Shown here: positions 9,226 through 19,729 of the stretch, piece after piece | Numbering within the stretch: position 1 is the stretch's first letter | Layout of the letters: every line of letters starts with the position of its first letter | Origin: Candidatus Aminicenantes bacterium | Lineage (GTDB): Bacteria > Acidobacteriota > Aminicenantia > Aminicenantales > Aminicenantaceae | DNA: 64,000 nucleotides | Direction: 5' to 3' | NCBI GenBank assembly: GCA_030603565.1 | Contig: JAUVXM010000003.1 | Span: forward strand, 1,359-65,358 | Notes under the pieces: generated by a model | The model's database searches: none | Told to the model about the DNA's origin: nothing | What the model saw: only the letters and a program-made list of their open reading frames with translations | Made by a program: the position numbers and the translations under genes

Positions 9226-10485
9226 TTAATGGGGGTGTGATTTAAGGTGCGGGAGGCAAGAGATGCCAAAGGGCATGACCAGGACTTTGGCATCTTTACC
9301 CTGAGCCTTAAGCGCTTCTGAGAGGGCTTTTTGGGGGGAGTCAAAACACCGGAAAAATAAATTCTTTGTTACCTCCTGCGGGAGGTCAGAGACTAAGTAA
9401 ATCCTATACTCAAGCTGTATCTTTGCCATCTGGGAGGCGATGTGGCGGCCCTGGATAAATTTATGTTTTAATTCATCCACCAGTTCATCAAGCGAAAGAT
9501 TCTCTGACAGAGCGCGGGACAAATTTTCCTCACCAATACCTTCTTTACAGCAGGCAACAGTCAGGATTATCCCGCCTTTTTTGACTGCAGGTAAAGCATT
9601 CTGCATAGCTTTGTGTGCCTGGTAGAGATTTATATCTTTAGGAAAACCTCCGGGAGAAGTAATGACAACATCAGCCGGTTCGTTAATCTGCAGCCTGAAT
9701 ATCCGGTCGATATATTCTACTCCTGCCCGGTGCGCAGCAGTCACATTACCAGCCACCACTTTTATTATCTCCTTTTGGGGATTTAATACTGCATTGACCA
9801 TAAAATCCACCCCAACCATAGCAGCTATCTCTTCCAGCTCTTCCCGCAGGGGATTGCCTTTAAGCACACCGGCTTTAGCACCTGGATGAAGAAACAGGCT
9901 GTGATTGGATTCAATGGTAGTCCGGCTGCATACACCGGGAGCCAAAGCTTTGGCACCCCCACTGTATCCGGCAAAATAATGGAATTCAAGATTTCCGGTT
10001 GCTATGACAAAATCAGCCTCAAGGACTTTTCTAAACACTTCTGCTTTCGTCCCCCTGCTTGTGACTCCGACTTGCTCACAATCCTCTAGATCATGTTCAA
10101 TAGACTTGATCCTCTCATATATCTTTTTGCCTACAAGGTCTTTTTTTTCTTCCTCAGTCTGTTTTCTGTGTACTCCCAGGCCGAATACTATTTTTACCTG
10201 ATTGTCATCTATGCCGGCAGTTTTTATCTCTTCTAAAATAGGAGGCAGTAAAACCTTCGAAGGAGCAGGCCGGGTAATATCGCTGACAAGAATCACAATC
10301 CGGTCATCAGGGGAAACAAGCTCTTTAAGCCGCTTGCTCTTAACAGGTTCAGCCAGGGCCCGCCTTACTTCAGCAGCCGGGTCGTCAACGCCGGCTTTAT
10401 CCTCAGGTTTTATCATCCCCAGGAAATTGGAGTTAGGAATATCAAGAGAGACTATTTTTTTTCCGTAATGTAAATCGATTTTCAT
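9226..10485 (-). CDS. LarA-family nickel-pincer-cofactor-dependent racemase/epimerase (lactate racemase-like, DUF2088)
   Basis: 419 aa; VILVSDITRP.., GLGVHR, HYFAGYSGGAKALAPG...ESNHS blocks typical of LarA homologues. Confidence 0.7.
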   Translation of the reverse strand: MKIDLHYGKKIVSLDIPNSNFLGMIKPEDKAGVDDPAAEVRRALAEPVKSKRLKELVSPDDRIVILVSDITRPAPSKVLLPPILEEIKTAGIDDNQVKIVFGLGVHRKQTEEEKKDLVGKKIYERIKSIEHDLEDCEQVGVTSRGTKAEVFRKVLEADFVIATGNLEFHYFAGYSGGAKALAPGVCSRTTIESNHSLFLHPGAKAGVLKGNPLREELEEIAAMVGVDFMVNAVLNPQKEIIKVVAGNVTAAHRAGVEYIDRIFRLQINEPADVVITSPGGFPKDINLYQAHKAMQNALPAVKKGGIILTVACCKEGIGEENLSRALSENLSLDELVDELKHKFIQGRHIASQMAKIQLEYRIYLVSDLPQEVTKNLFFRCFDSPQKALSEALKAQGKDAKVLVMPFGISCLPHLKSHPH

Positions 10486-10500
10486 CTATTTTTCCGACCC

Positions 10501-10535
10501 GTGAATAATTCAAGTCCGCCTGAACTATTCATAAA
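10501..10535. repeat. Solo TIR palindrome of the MITE family (right end and left end abutting)
   Basis: gtgaataattcaag tccg cctgaactattcataaaaa; lies between vapC and larA. Confidence 0.5.
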
Positions 10536-10924
10536 AATTGAAGTTTTAGCCTAATATTTTTATTGATCAGTTTAAAATGTGAATCTGCTGTAACTATAGT
10601 CAAATCATAATAAATAGCATGTGCAGCAATAATTAAATCTGTTAAAGGAATTGTATAACCTTTTTTTCTTAATCTGAATCCAATCTGGGATGTCTGTGCA
10701 AATATATTTTTATCAGTTTTTAGATGTTTAAAACCTTCAAAATTATTTTTGAGAAAGGAGAATTCTTTTTTATTAACTGCCCCAATAAGAAGCTCACTCA
10801 AAATAATACCATTATAATAGATTTTGTCTTCTTCAATTAAAGGCAGAAGAAAATCATTAACTGCTTTGTTCTTGCCTTTAAAAAAATCAATCCAAATTGT
10901 ACTGTCAATAATAAATTTACTCAT
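10529..10924 (-). CDS. vapC: PIN-domain toxin VapC
   Basis: 131 aa; IIDSTIWIDFF (N-terminal acidic residue), TIVTADSHF. Overlaps the upstream antitoxin by 8 nt. Confidence 0.75.
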   Translation of the reverse strand: MSKFIIDSTIWIDFFKGKNKAVNDFLLPLIEEDKIYYNGIILSELLIGAVNKKEFSFLKNNFEGFKHLKTDKNIFAQTSQIGFRLRKKGYTIPLTDLIIAAHAIYYDLTIVTADSHFKLINKNIRLKLQFL

Positions 10925-11132
10925 TCAATTCTTCTTCCCTTAATTTCAAAATATCTACTTTCAAATCCAATTTCCCACATGACTCTTTGATTTTTTCACG
11001 TTTTAATTTCCTGACAAAATCAGAAAGGGCTAGTTCAATAATCTTTGTCTTGTTTGCGATACCTGACAGCTTTAGTGATTCTGAGATTAAATCATCATTT
11101 ATATTAAGTGTAGTTCTCATCTGCACCTCCAA
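10917..11132 (-). CDS. vapB: VapB-type antitoxin
   Basis: 71 aa; MRTTLNINDDLISESLKL...IIELAL. Translationally coupled to vapC. Confidence 0.6.
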   Translation of the reverse strand: MEVQMRTTLNINDDLISESLKLSGIANKTKIIELALSDFVRKLKREKIKESCGKLDLKVDILKLREEELNE

Positions 11133-11232
11133 TGCATATAATAGATACAGATAACAAAACTGTCAAGCAATAAAACATACCTCTAAGCATTCGATGCGGT
11201 TATAATGGTGAAGGAAGAGTTTCTGCTTTACT

Positions 11233-12441
11233 TTGACATCTGAACTTTCATATGATATTACGGCTCATATGGAATCTATTTCTGCCAAGCGCCTCCCCTA
11301 TTCAAAAATCCGGGTGATGTTTGATGCTGCTAAAAAACTGGAAAAACAGGGCAGAGATATCATCCATCTAGAGATCGGCCGGCCTGACTTTAACACACCC
11401 CAGCACATCGTAGAAGCAGCTATCGAGGCTTTAAAGGCAGGAAAGCACCACTACTCGGCCAATGCCGGCATAATCGAACTGCGGGAAGCAGTAGCTGAAA
11501 AATACGCATCTGAATATAAACTGAATTTCTCTCCAGAGTCTGAGATCGTGATCACAAACGGAGTGGCAGAAGGAGTCTTCCTGGTAATAAATGCCCTGCT
11601 TGATCCGGGAGACCAGGTTCTAATCCCTAATCCACGCTGGGTCAATTACGAACCGGATGCCTACACAAACTTTGTTGAACCAATAAGTTATACTCTGTTT
11701 GAGGAAAAAAACTTCCAGCCTGATCCTGAGGAGGTGGAGGAAAAAATCACCCCCCGGACAAAAATGTTGATTTTAGCCAGCCCCTCCAATCCTACCGGGG
11801 GGGTCACAAGTAAAAAAATTCTTGAACAGATTGCTGCGTTGGCTGAAAAACATAACCTCATAGTAGTAAGCGACGAGATCTACGAAAAGATCATCTATCC
11901 TCCCGCTGAACACATCTGTGCTGCATCCTTAGAGGGTATGCAAGAACGAACAATAGTGCTGAACGGATTCTCTAAATTTTACTCGATGACAGGCTGGCGG
12001 TTGGGATATGCTGTGGGCCCGCAAAAATTAATTGACCCGCTATTACGTTACCACCAATACATGATAACCTCGACCAACACTTTTGCCCAATGGGGTGCGG
12101 TGACAGCGCTTAAAGGAGACCAGAATCCGTCTCTTATAATGCGGGACAAATTCCAAAAACGGCGGGATTTTATCCACACTGCGGTCAATGAAATTCCCGG
12201 GTTTTGCTCTACCCTGCCGGCCGGAGCTTTTTATCTCTTCCCCTCTGTCAAAGAAACGGGGCAAAAAGGAATTCAGGTCGCAGAGATGTTACTTGAAAAA
12301 GCCGGAGTAGCAACAGTCGCTGGTGAGTATTTCGGTATAAAAGGAGCCGGGCACATCCGGATATCCTATGCCAATTCTATGGAAAACCTTAAAACTGCGG
12401 TTAAGAAAATTAAAGCTGTTATGATAAGCAGTGAACAGTAA
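11233..12441 (+). CDS. Class I/II PLP-dependent aminotransferase (aspartate/aromatic aminotransferase family)
   Basis: GFSKFYSMTGWRLGY (PLP lysine), NPTGG, PNPRW. True start may be the internal ATG at about 11269. Confidence 0.85.
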   Translation: MTSELSYDITAHMESISAKRLPYSKIRVMFDAAKKLEKQGRDIIHLEIGRPDFNTPQHIVEAAIEALKAGKHHYSANAGIIELREAVAEKYASEYKLNFSPESEIVITNGVAEGVFLVINALLDPGDQVLIPNPRWVNYEPDAYTNFVEPISYTLFEEKNFQPDPEEVEEKITPRTKMLILASPSNPTGGVTSKKILEQIAALAEKHNLIVVSDEIYEKIIYPPAEHICAASLEGMQERTIVLNGFSKFYSMTGWRLGYAVGPQKLIDPLLRYHQYMITSTNTFAQWGAVTALKGDQNPSLIMRDKFQKRRDFIHTAVNEIPGFCSTLPAGAFYLFPSVKETGQKGIQVAEMLLEKAGVATVAGEYFGIKGAGHIRISYANSMENLKTAVKKIKAVMISSEQ

Positions 12442-12614
12442 ATGGTAAATAGTAAATGGTAAATAAAACCAGGAGAAGCAGGGCTATAAAAGCTAATCGT
12501 CATTCCGGTGAGTTTAAGCATCGTCATTCCGGCGGAAGCCGGAAACCAGGATAAATAGTAAATGGTAAATAGATAATGGTTACCCTAAAAAATTCATAAA
12601 TCGCGGAGGTATTG

Positions 12615-15404
12615 ATGCAAAAAAATAATACTATATCTTTAAGATTTTCAGCTCTGCTGCTTTTATTTATTTTATTGATAACATCTCCTCTTCCGGCCCA
12701 GAACCGAATCACAAGCCCCAAAGAACATTTCGGACACAACATCGGTGCTGACTATTTTCTGGCCACTTATACTCAGATGACAGAGTACTGGAAAAAACTC
12801 GCTTCAGAGTCCGACCGGATGATCCTTGAGGATATTGGCATAACTGAAGAAGGCCGAACCATAGTCATGGCTATTATTACTTCACCTGACAATCATAAAA
12901 ACCTTGACGGTTATCAAAAAATATCAAAAAAAATGGCTCTGGCAGAAGGGATCAAAGATAGCGAGGCCCGAACATTAGCCGCAGAAGGCAAAGCCGTAGT
13001 CTGGATCGATGGCGGCCTGCATGCTACCGAAGTCGTAGGTGCCCAGCAGGAAATCGAACTGGTCTATCAGATGGTCAGCCGCAATGACACCGAAACCCTG
13101 CGCATCCTTGACAATGTCATCCTTCTGGCAACAATCACCAATCCGGATGGCATGGACCTTGTCAGTAAATGGTATATGCGGGAATCCGACCCTGCTAAAC
13201 GCTCTTACAGGGGACTTCCCCGCTTGTATCAAAAATACATCGGGCACGACAATAACCGCGACTTCTATATGGTAACCCAAAAAGAATCTGAAGCTGTCTG
13301 CAGGGTCCTGTACAAGCAGTGGTTTCCCCAGATCATATACAACCACCATCAGAGCGGCCCCTCAGGGTGTGTGCTTTTTGCCCCGCCTTTCCGGGAACCA
13401 CACAGCTATAATTTCGACCCCCTCTTAATTCTGGGAGTCACGACCGTAGGTAATGCCATGCACAGCCGCTTTGCTGCAGAGGGGAAACCCGGTGCTGCTA
13501 TGCGGGATATCGCCGGTTACCAGACCTGGTGGAATGGGTGTCTGCGCTGTACTCCCTATTTCCACAACATGATCGGCATCCTTACGGAGATGATCGGCAA
13601 TCCCACCCCCATGGAAATCCCATTTATCCCTGACAGACATCTGCCAAGCGGAGATTACCCATTTCCTATCGCTCCCCAAAAATGGCACTTCCGCCAATCC
13701 ATAGAATACTCTATGACAGCAGACCGGGCCATTCTTGATCTGGCTGCCAAGTTACGGGAAAATTTCCTTTTCAATATTTACCGCATGGGGAAAAATTCAA
13801 TCGAATACGGAAGCAGCGATCACTGGACTATAGACCCAAGCCGCATCAAAGCGGTTGAGGAAGCCATAAACAAAAACAAGCCCACAATGACAGGCTCTGG
13901 CCGCTCCCAGGGATACCCTCCCGAATACTATCACAAGGTCCTCCACAACCCGGAAGCCCGTGACCCCAGGGGATATATCCTGCCATCTGACCAGGATGAT
14001 TTCCTGACTGCAGGAAAATTCGTAAACACTCTAATCAAGAATGGAATTACAGTATTACAAGCAACCGCTTCTTTTAAAACCGGAGACAAAACCTATCCGC
14101 AGGGCTCTTACATAATTAAAACCGCCCAGGCTTTTCGGCCCCACATCCTGGATATGTTGGAACCTCAATATTACCCGGATAAACCATCCTCATCCGGAGT
14201 AACTCCCAGACCTCCCTATGACAGCGCAGGCTACACCCTGGCCTTTCAGATGGGAGTAGAATTTGACCGTATCCTGGAAGGATTCGACGGCCCTTTCGAA
14301 AAAATCGAAGGGCTTGTCCAACCTTCTCCCGGCAGAATATACGGCATAGGAAAAGCCGGTTTTTTGCTGTCCCACAAAACAAATGATTCCTTTATTGCTG
14401 TAAACCGTCTGCTTAAAAGCGGAGAAAAAGTGTTCTGGCTTCAGAACCCCCTTAAAATAAGCAACAGGTTATTTTCCGCAGGCGCCATATATATCCCGGC
14501 CGCCGCCTCTACAGCAGCAAAGGTCCGTGAACTAGCTGCTGAACTCGGGTTGAATTTTTTTGCCATGGATAAAAAGCCAACCGGGACTGCTTTAGCTTTA
14601 AAGCCGACCAGGATCGGATTGTGGGACCGCTACGGTGGCTCTATGTCCTCCGGCTGGGTACGCTGGATCCTGGAAAAATTCGACTTCAACTTCGAAGTAG
14701 TCTTCCCTCAGACACTCGATGCGGGTAACCTTAAAGAGCAATTCGATGTCCTCATCTTTGTGGGCGGCGCCATTCCCTCAAAAGAAGGTTCTTCCTCCCA
14801 GCGCTCCTGGAGACGTTCCAGCCCTGACCCTGAAACCATACCGGCTGAATTCAGGCAAATGCTGGGTTCTGTCACCGCAGAAAAGACAATCCCCCAACTG
14901 CGCAAATTCCTCAGGCAAGGAGGCACTGTCCTTACTCTCGGAAGTTCCAACAATCTCGCATCCCACCTCGAACTCCCGCTCGTTGACCCTCTTACCGAAA
15001 AAAATGCTGATGGAAAATCAACTCCCCTGCCGTCAGATAAATTTCTCATTCCCGGTTCAATACTTCAGGTACGAGTTAATAATAACCATCCGCTGGCCTA
15101 CGGCATGCCGGAAAAGGCAGATGTCTATTTTAACCGAAGCCCTGTATTTGACCTGCTGCCGGAAGCATCATTTGAAAAAATCAGCCCGGTTGCTTGGTTT
15201 GATACCGACACCCCCCTGCGCAGCGGTTTAGGCAGAGGGCAGCACTATCTCAAAGGCACTACTGCAGTCATCGCAGCTGAAGTAGGAAAAGGCAAACTTT
15301 TTTTACTCGGCCCGGAAATCACCTTCCGCGCCCAACCGCACGGAAATTTTAAGTTTCTGTTTAATGGAATATATTACGGAGGAGCGAAATTAACAGAATT
15401 TTAA
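12615..15404 (+). CDS. Secreted M14-family zinc carboxypeptidase with large C-terminal extension
   Basis: Signal peptide; HATEVVG, TNPDGMD, NHHQSG motifs. GGAGG RBS upstream of ATG 12615. Confidence 0.8.
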   Translation: MQKNNTISLRFSALLLLFILLITSPLPAQNRITSPKEHFGHNIGADYFLATYTQMTEYWKKLASESDRMILEDIGITEEGRTIVMAIITSPDNHKNLDGYQKISKKMALAEGIKDSEARTLAAEGKAVVWIDGGLHATEVVGAQQEIELVYQMVSRNDTETLRILDNVILLATITNPDGMDLVSKWYMRESDPAKRSYRGLPRLYQKYIGHDNNRDFYMVTQKESEAVCRVLYKQWFPQIIYNHHQSGPSGCVLFAPPFREPHSYNFDPLLILGVTTVGNAMHSRFAAEGKPGAAMRDIAGYQTWWNGCLRCTPYFHNMIGILTEMIGNPTPMEIPFIPDRHLPSGDYPFPIAPQKWHFRQSIEYSMTADRAILDLAAKLRENFLFNIYRMGKNSIEYGSSDHWTIDPSRIKAVEEAINKNKPTMTGSGRSQGYPPEYYHKVLHNPEARDPRGYILPSDQDDFLTAGKFVNTLIKNGITVLQATASFKTGDKTYPQGSYIIKTAQAFRPHILDMLEPQYYPDKPSSSGVTPRPPYDSAGYTLAFQMGVEFDRILEGFDGPFEKIEGLVQPSPGRIYGIGKAGFLLSHKTNDSFIAVNRLLKSGEKVFWLQNPLKISNRLFSAGAIYIPAAASTAAKVRELAAELGLNFFAMDKKPTGTALALKPTRIGLWDRYGGSMSSGWVRWILEKFDFNFEVVFPQTLDAGNLKEQFDVLIFVGGAIPSKEGSSSQRSWRRSSPDPETIPAEFRQMLGSVTAEKTIPQLRKFLRQGGTVLTLGSSNNLASHLELPLVDPLTEKNADGKSTPLPSDKFLIPGSILQVRVNNNHPLAYGMPEKADVYFNRSPVFDLLPEASFEKISPVAWFDTDTPLRSGLGRGQHYLKGTTAVIAAEVGKGKLFLLGPEITFRAQPHGNFKFLFNGIYYGGAKLTEF

Positions 15405-15473
15405 AGGGGTGGTTTAAACAGCAAAAATGTCGATTATAAATATAGATTACATCAAAAACAAAAGGAGGTTATT

Positions 15474-18014
15474 ATGATATTAAAATCTAAAACAAAATTA
15501 TTCGGGAAAATATCTCTTCTGCTGTTTATTTTGGTTATCTGTACAACCATAGTTCCAGCAGAGCAGGAAAATCAGTTTAAGGAAGCTTACCTTAAACCGC
15601 CGGCATCCGTACAAGATTTACTCACCCGGGATAGGCATTACGATACTTTAAACAACCTAAGCCCTGATGGGACTCATTTTTTAATACCCATAAACTCCCA
15701 ATTTTCCTCTCTCAAACTAATGACCCAAAAAACCTACAGATTGGGCATGCTGGAGATCTGCCCGGATGTAAACCGGGAATGGCGGCTTTCAACCTATGGG
15801 ACAAAAAAGCTTAAGATCTATTCTTTAAGCCAAAGGAGAAGCTGGAATATCGGGCTTCCTGAAAATATCTTTGTAAGTGACATGACCTGGTCTCAGGATG
15901 GAAAAAAGATCGCCTTTCTGGCCCATTTTCCCAAGGGAAGCCAGGCATGGACTGCAGATGTCCAAAGCGGTAAAGCTAAAGCCTTGCACAAAGCCTTTGT
16001 AATGGCCACTTTGACAGGCCGCAGCCGTTGGGGGAGCTCCTCTTCAGCTTCACAGATGCTGCAGTGGACACCCCAAGGGACAGTTATAACCCTTCTTGTT
16101 CCGGACAACAGAGGCCCGGAACCAAAAAAGAGCCCTATTCCGGACTCTCCCATCATCCGCCACACACGCAAGAAAGATTCCCCGACATCTACTTACCCTT
16201 TTCTTATGAGGACATCTCATGACAAAAAGCTTTTTAAATATTATACCTACGCCCAGCTGGCAGAGTTTGCTCCGGGAAAATCTCCCCGGAAAATAGGCGA
16301 ACCAGCCATGTATATGAGTATCTCCTTAAGTCCAAACGGAAAATATATTCTTGTAGAAAAAATTGTTGAGCCGTTTTCCTATATCGTAAGTTACAGCAGC
16401 TTTCCCCGCGAACTTCAAGTAATGGATCTGAGCGGAAACATCCTGTCAACTGTCAGGAAAACCCCGCTTCGGGAAGCAGAGGCAGGGAATGGAAGAGACA
16501 GGTCTCAAGCTGATCTTCCCCGGAATGTCACCTGGAGACCTGACGGAAAAGGTCTGTCATTCCTCTGGAAAGAGCAAAAAGAAAAAGACAAGGAAGACGA
16601 TGAGGAAGAAGAAGAAAGTAATGCCAGTGAAAGAAAAGACAGATTGATGCTGCTGGCTCCACCCTTTTCTATGGATGAAACAACTACCCTTATCACCAGT
16701 AAAAAAAGCTTCAGCAGCATCTCATATGCCCCCAATGGCCGCTATGTTTTCACTAAGCTCAGCGGAAGAGGCGAAGACGGGCAGACCGGGACTGATCTGG
16801 CCGCTTTTGACCTTAGTCAAACTCCTCCCATAAAAACCATACTGCTTAAAGATATGGAAACCAAAGACCCGCTTAAATTTCCCGGAGATATCATAACTCA
16901 ATCCACAGGCAATGGAGTTGACTTTGCTCTCCTTTCCAGTGATGGAAAATCTATCTATCTCGAAGGCCGGGGGTATAAAGAAAATTTCAAGCCCCAGCCT
17001 TTTATCGACAGAATAGAGATCTCTACCGGCAAAAAAGAAAGGACCTTTGAGGGCGCAAAAGATTTCTACGAACGTCCGCTGGTTCCGCTTGACAATGATC
17101 TAAAGCGTATTATTATCAGCCGGGAATCCAAAACTGCTTTTCCCAACAGCTATCTATGGGAAAAAGACGGAACAGGAGAGAAGCTAACAAATAATAAGAC
17201 CCCTTACCCGGAATTAAAGGCCAGTAAAAGAATCGATTTTGAGTTTACCCGCAGAGACGGTCTTGAGATCCAGGGCCGCATCTCACTTCCCCCGGGTTAT
17301 GAGAAGGGAACCCGGGTTCCCGCTGTCTTCTGGACATATCCAAGCGAATATAAATCATTCAAAGATTATAAGCATTCTACCATACGAGGAGACAATCACA
17401 ATGCTTTCCAGCGCTTCAGCACCCGGAATGCATCGGATATATGGCTGACACAAGGATATGCAGTAGTTGTACCGGATATTCCTATTATCGGAAAGGGGAA
17501 CACTTACAACAACAATTTCATCGCTCATTTGGTTGACTCGATGTATGCCGCCATCCGCAAAGTCGGTAATCTCGGTTATGTTGATGTCGATCGTCTCGGC
17601 CACGGCGGCCACAGTTACGGTGCCTTTTCCACTGCGAATATTCTGGCGCACTCCCCCTTCTTTAAAGCCGGAATTGCCGGTGACGGAGCATACAACCGGA
17701 CTCTTACTCCCATGACTTTTCAGCGGGAACGGCGTTTCATCTGGGAAGCCCAGGACATATACCTGGAAATGTCCCCCTTCTTCCAGGCAGACCACATCGA
17801 TACTCCGCTTCTCATGTACCATGGAGCTGTAGATAACAACACCGGCACCTTCCTGATACAATCCGAGCGCATGATCCAGGCGCTGACCGGATTGGGAAAA
17901 AACGCCGTACTCTACATATATCCTTTTGAATCCCATGGCCCCCGCTGTAAAGAGACCTATATGGATATGTGGGCCCGCTGGCTGGAATTCTTCGACACTT
18001 ATGTTAAAAAATAA
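15474..18014 (+). CDS. Secreted S9-family serine peptidase (prolyl oligopeptidase / acylaminoacyl-peptidase-like; beta-propeller plus alpha/beta hydrolase domain)
   Basis: Signal peptide; GHGGHSYGAF (GxSxG) with downstream D and H blocks (MYHGAVDNNTG, FESHGP); acidic insert KEDDEEEEES. Confidence 0.8.
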   Translation: MILKSKTKLFGKISLLLFILVICTTIVPAEQENQFKEAYLKPPASVQDLLTRDRHYDTLNNLSPDGTHFLIPINSQFSSLKLMTQKTYRLGMLEICPDVNREWRLSTYGTKKLKIYSLSQRRSWNIGLPENIFVSDMTWSQDGKKIAFLAHFPKGSQAWTADVQSGKAKALHKAFVMATLTGRSRWGSSSSASQMLQWTPQGTVITLLVPDNRGPEPKKSPIPDSPIIRHTRKKDSPTSTYPFLMRTSHDKKLFKYYTYAQLAEFAPGKSPRKIGEPAMYMSISLSPNGKYILVEKIVEPFSYIVSYSSFPRELQVMDLSGNILSTVRKTPLREAEAGNGRDRSQADLPRNVTWRPDGKGLSFLWKEQKEKDKEDDEEEEESNASERKDRLMLLAPPFSMDETTTLITSKKSFSSISYAPNGRYVFTKLSGRGEDGQTGTDLAAFDLSQTPPIKTILLKDMETKDPLKFPGDIITQSTGNGVDFALLSSDGKSIYLEGRGYKENFKPQPFIDRIEISTGKKERTFEGAKDFYERPLVPLDNDLKRIIISRESKTAFPNSYLWEKDGTGEKLTNNKTPYPELKASKRIDFEFTRRDGLEIQGRISLPPGYEKGTRVPAVFWTYPSEYKSFKDYKHSTIRGDNHNAFQRFSTRNASDIWLTQGYAVVVPDIPIIGKGNTYNNNFIAHLVDSMYAAIRKVGNLGYVDVDRLGHGGHSYGAFSTANILAHSPFFKAGIAGDGAYNRTLTPMTFQRERRFIWEAQDIYLEMSPFFQADHIDTPLLMYHGAVDNNTGTFLIQSERMIQALTGLGKNAVLYIYPFESHGPRCKETYMDMWARWLEFFDTYVKK

Positions 18015-18322
18015 GATTCCAAAGAGAATGGCAATTTAAGCGACGATATAACGTCTGTAGAGATCAATCACAGCTACAAGATAGACAAACCTATGCTTCA
18101 AACGGATGAAGGATAACAGCAAATTTCATGCAAATAAAGCAATCAGTAAATAAAAACCAGGTACTTATGAAGACAAAGGAATGATTGGTTGGAAATGATC
18201 AAATTGTAATAATTTATTGACATTATATATATATATTTATATATTTATAAAACTACCGATAAAAAGGAAGGCTTTGTAAATACACCTTCCCGGAAAATTA
18301 TATTTATTTCGGAGGTCTTGAG

Positions 18323-19690
18323 ATGCTTTTAGGTCTATCCATGATAAAAGGACTCATCTGTTTGGCCTTGATACCGAGCTTATTCCTCTCCCTTTCGGCG
18401 AAAAATACCCCGGATATAACTAATCTTGAGGAGCAAGTAAGATGGCTTAAGGAAAACGGTGTTTCCATTCGGACGGTGGCTCCAGATGATGAAGATTTTG
18501 CCGACCTTATGCCATTGGTGGATAAAATCGGTTCGTCCCGGCTAGTTCTTCTGGGCGAGCAAAGTCATGGCGACGGAACAACCTTTCTGATGAAATGTCG
18601 CTTGGTTCGCTTTCTCCATCAGGTCATGGGCTTTGATGTGTTAGCCTGGGAATCGGGACTATATGATTGCCGCCGGATGGAATCGGCGCTACACAGCGAT
18701 GTGCCCCTTGATATGGCGATCACGAAAGGAGTTTTTCCCATTTGGGGGATGAGCGATCAGGTCCGCCCTGTTTTCGCTTATGCCCGTTCCACTTATGGAA
18801 CCCCCCGTCCTCTTGAAATGGCTGGCTATGATTGTCAATTTTCTTCCCCAATGACCGTGACCTCGTTTGCGAAAGAGCTCACAGCTTTTTTAGAACGACC
18901 GGGAGAGAAGTGGATCTCTTCGGAGATGTTTTCAGGTTTAAAAAAAGCTGTCGATTTCCAGCAACTTGCAAAAATGACACCCGAAGAGCGCCGCGAAAAT
19001 CAGCAGGTCATCAAAAAAGTTGGCGACTTAATCGTAGCTTCGAAGCCAGTCCTACAAAAGGCACACAGTCAACGGGAGATAGCTTTCTGGGAACGTGTAT
19101 TAAAAAATTTTCAGGTATTTTATACACTGCTTGAGAACATGAGCAAAGGCAAAGACAGGAAGGTCTCAGATAATAACCCTCGGGATGAAGCCATGGCCGA
19201 GATCCTTATCTGGCTGGCGAATGACATCTACCCAGATCGCAAGATCATCGTCTGGGCTGCAAGCTTTCACAACATTCGCAACATAGAGAAAATTAATCTC
19301 GGTGATTCCCGCTTGGACTATGCAGGGGTCGTGACCATGGGGCAACGCATCTATGAAAGATTGGCGGATGACACCTATTCCATAGCCTTTACCGCATATC
19401 AAGGGGAGTCCGGAAATGTCAACCACAAAGAAACCTACGACATCGGCAAGGCTTCAGAGGGAAGCCTGGAGGATCTTATTCATCTAACCGGGAAAGAATT
19501 CCTTTTTGTGGATTTCATGCAGCCGCGTCTGAATCCGACTCACTGGCTTTGTCGTCCCATAACTGCACGTCCCCTCGGTTACACCCCAATGAAGACGGTA
19601 TGGCCTGAGCATTTTGATGCCATGATCTTCACTGAAAACATGATCCCAAGCACAAGGATTAAGAATAAGGACTTGAAAAAAGAGGAATGA
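18323..19690 (+). CDS. Erythromycin esterase family protein (Ere-like), secreted
   Basis: SSRLVLLGEQSHGDG, IIVWAASFHN blocks; signal peptide. GGAGG RBS. Confidence 0.75.
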   Translation: MLLGLSMIKGLICLALIPSLFLSLSAKNTPDITNLEEQVRWLKENGVSIRTVAPDDEDFADLMPLVDKIGSSRLVLLGEQSHGDGTTFLMKCRLVRFLHQVMGFDVLAWESGLYDCRRMESALHSDVPLDMAITKGVFPIWGMSDQVRPVFAYARSTYGTPRPLEMAGYDCQFSSPMTVTSFAKELTAFLERPGEKWISSEMFSGLKKAVDFQQLAKMTPEERRENQQVIKKVGDLIVASKPVLQKAHSQREIAFWERVLKNFQVFYTLLENMSKGKDRKVSDNNPRDEAMAEILIWLANDIYPDRKIIVWAASFHNIRNIEKINLGDSRLDYAGVVTMGQRIYERLADDTYSIAFTAYQGESGNVNHKETYDIGKASEGSLEDLIHLTGKEFLFVDFMQPRLNPTHWLCRPITARPLGYTPMKTVWPEHFDAMIFTENMIPSTRIKNKDLKKEE

Positions 19691-19729
19691 GCGGGTACTT
19701 TCCAGCTGTTTAATATATGTTAGCCGCCT

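Noticed and set aside
12441-12612. Possible CRISPR array (short AAATGGTAAATAG-type direct repeats)
   Set aside because: Repeats are 13-21 bp, irregularly spaced, only 2-3 copies, with no spacer-like unique segments of uniform length and no cas genes. Not a CRISPR.
18221-18250. (TA)n microsatellite tracts (also 22550..22562 and 22906..22940)
   Set aside because: These are short simple-sequence runs in promoter regions with no evidence of function beyond AT-rich promoter context.
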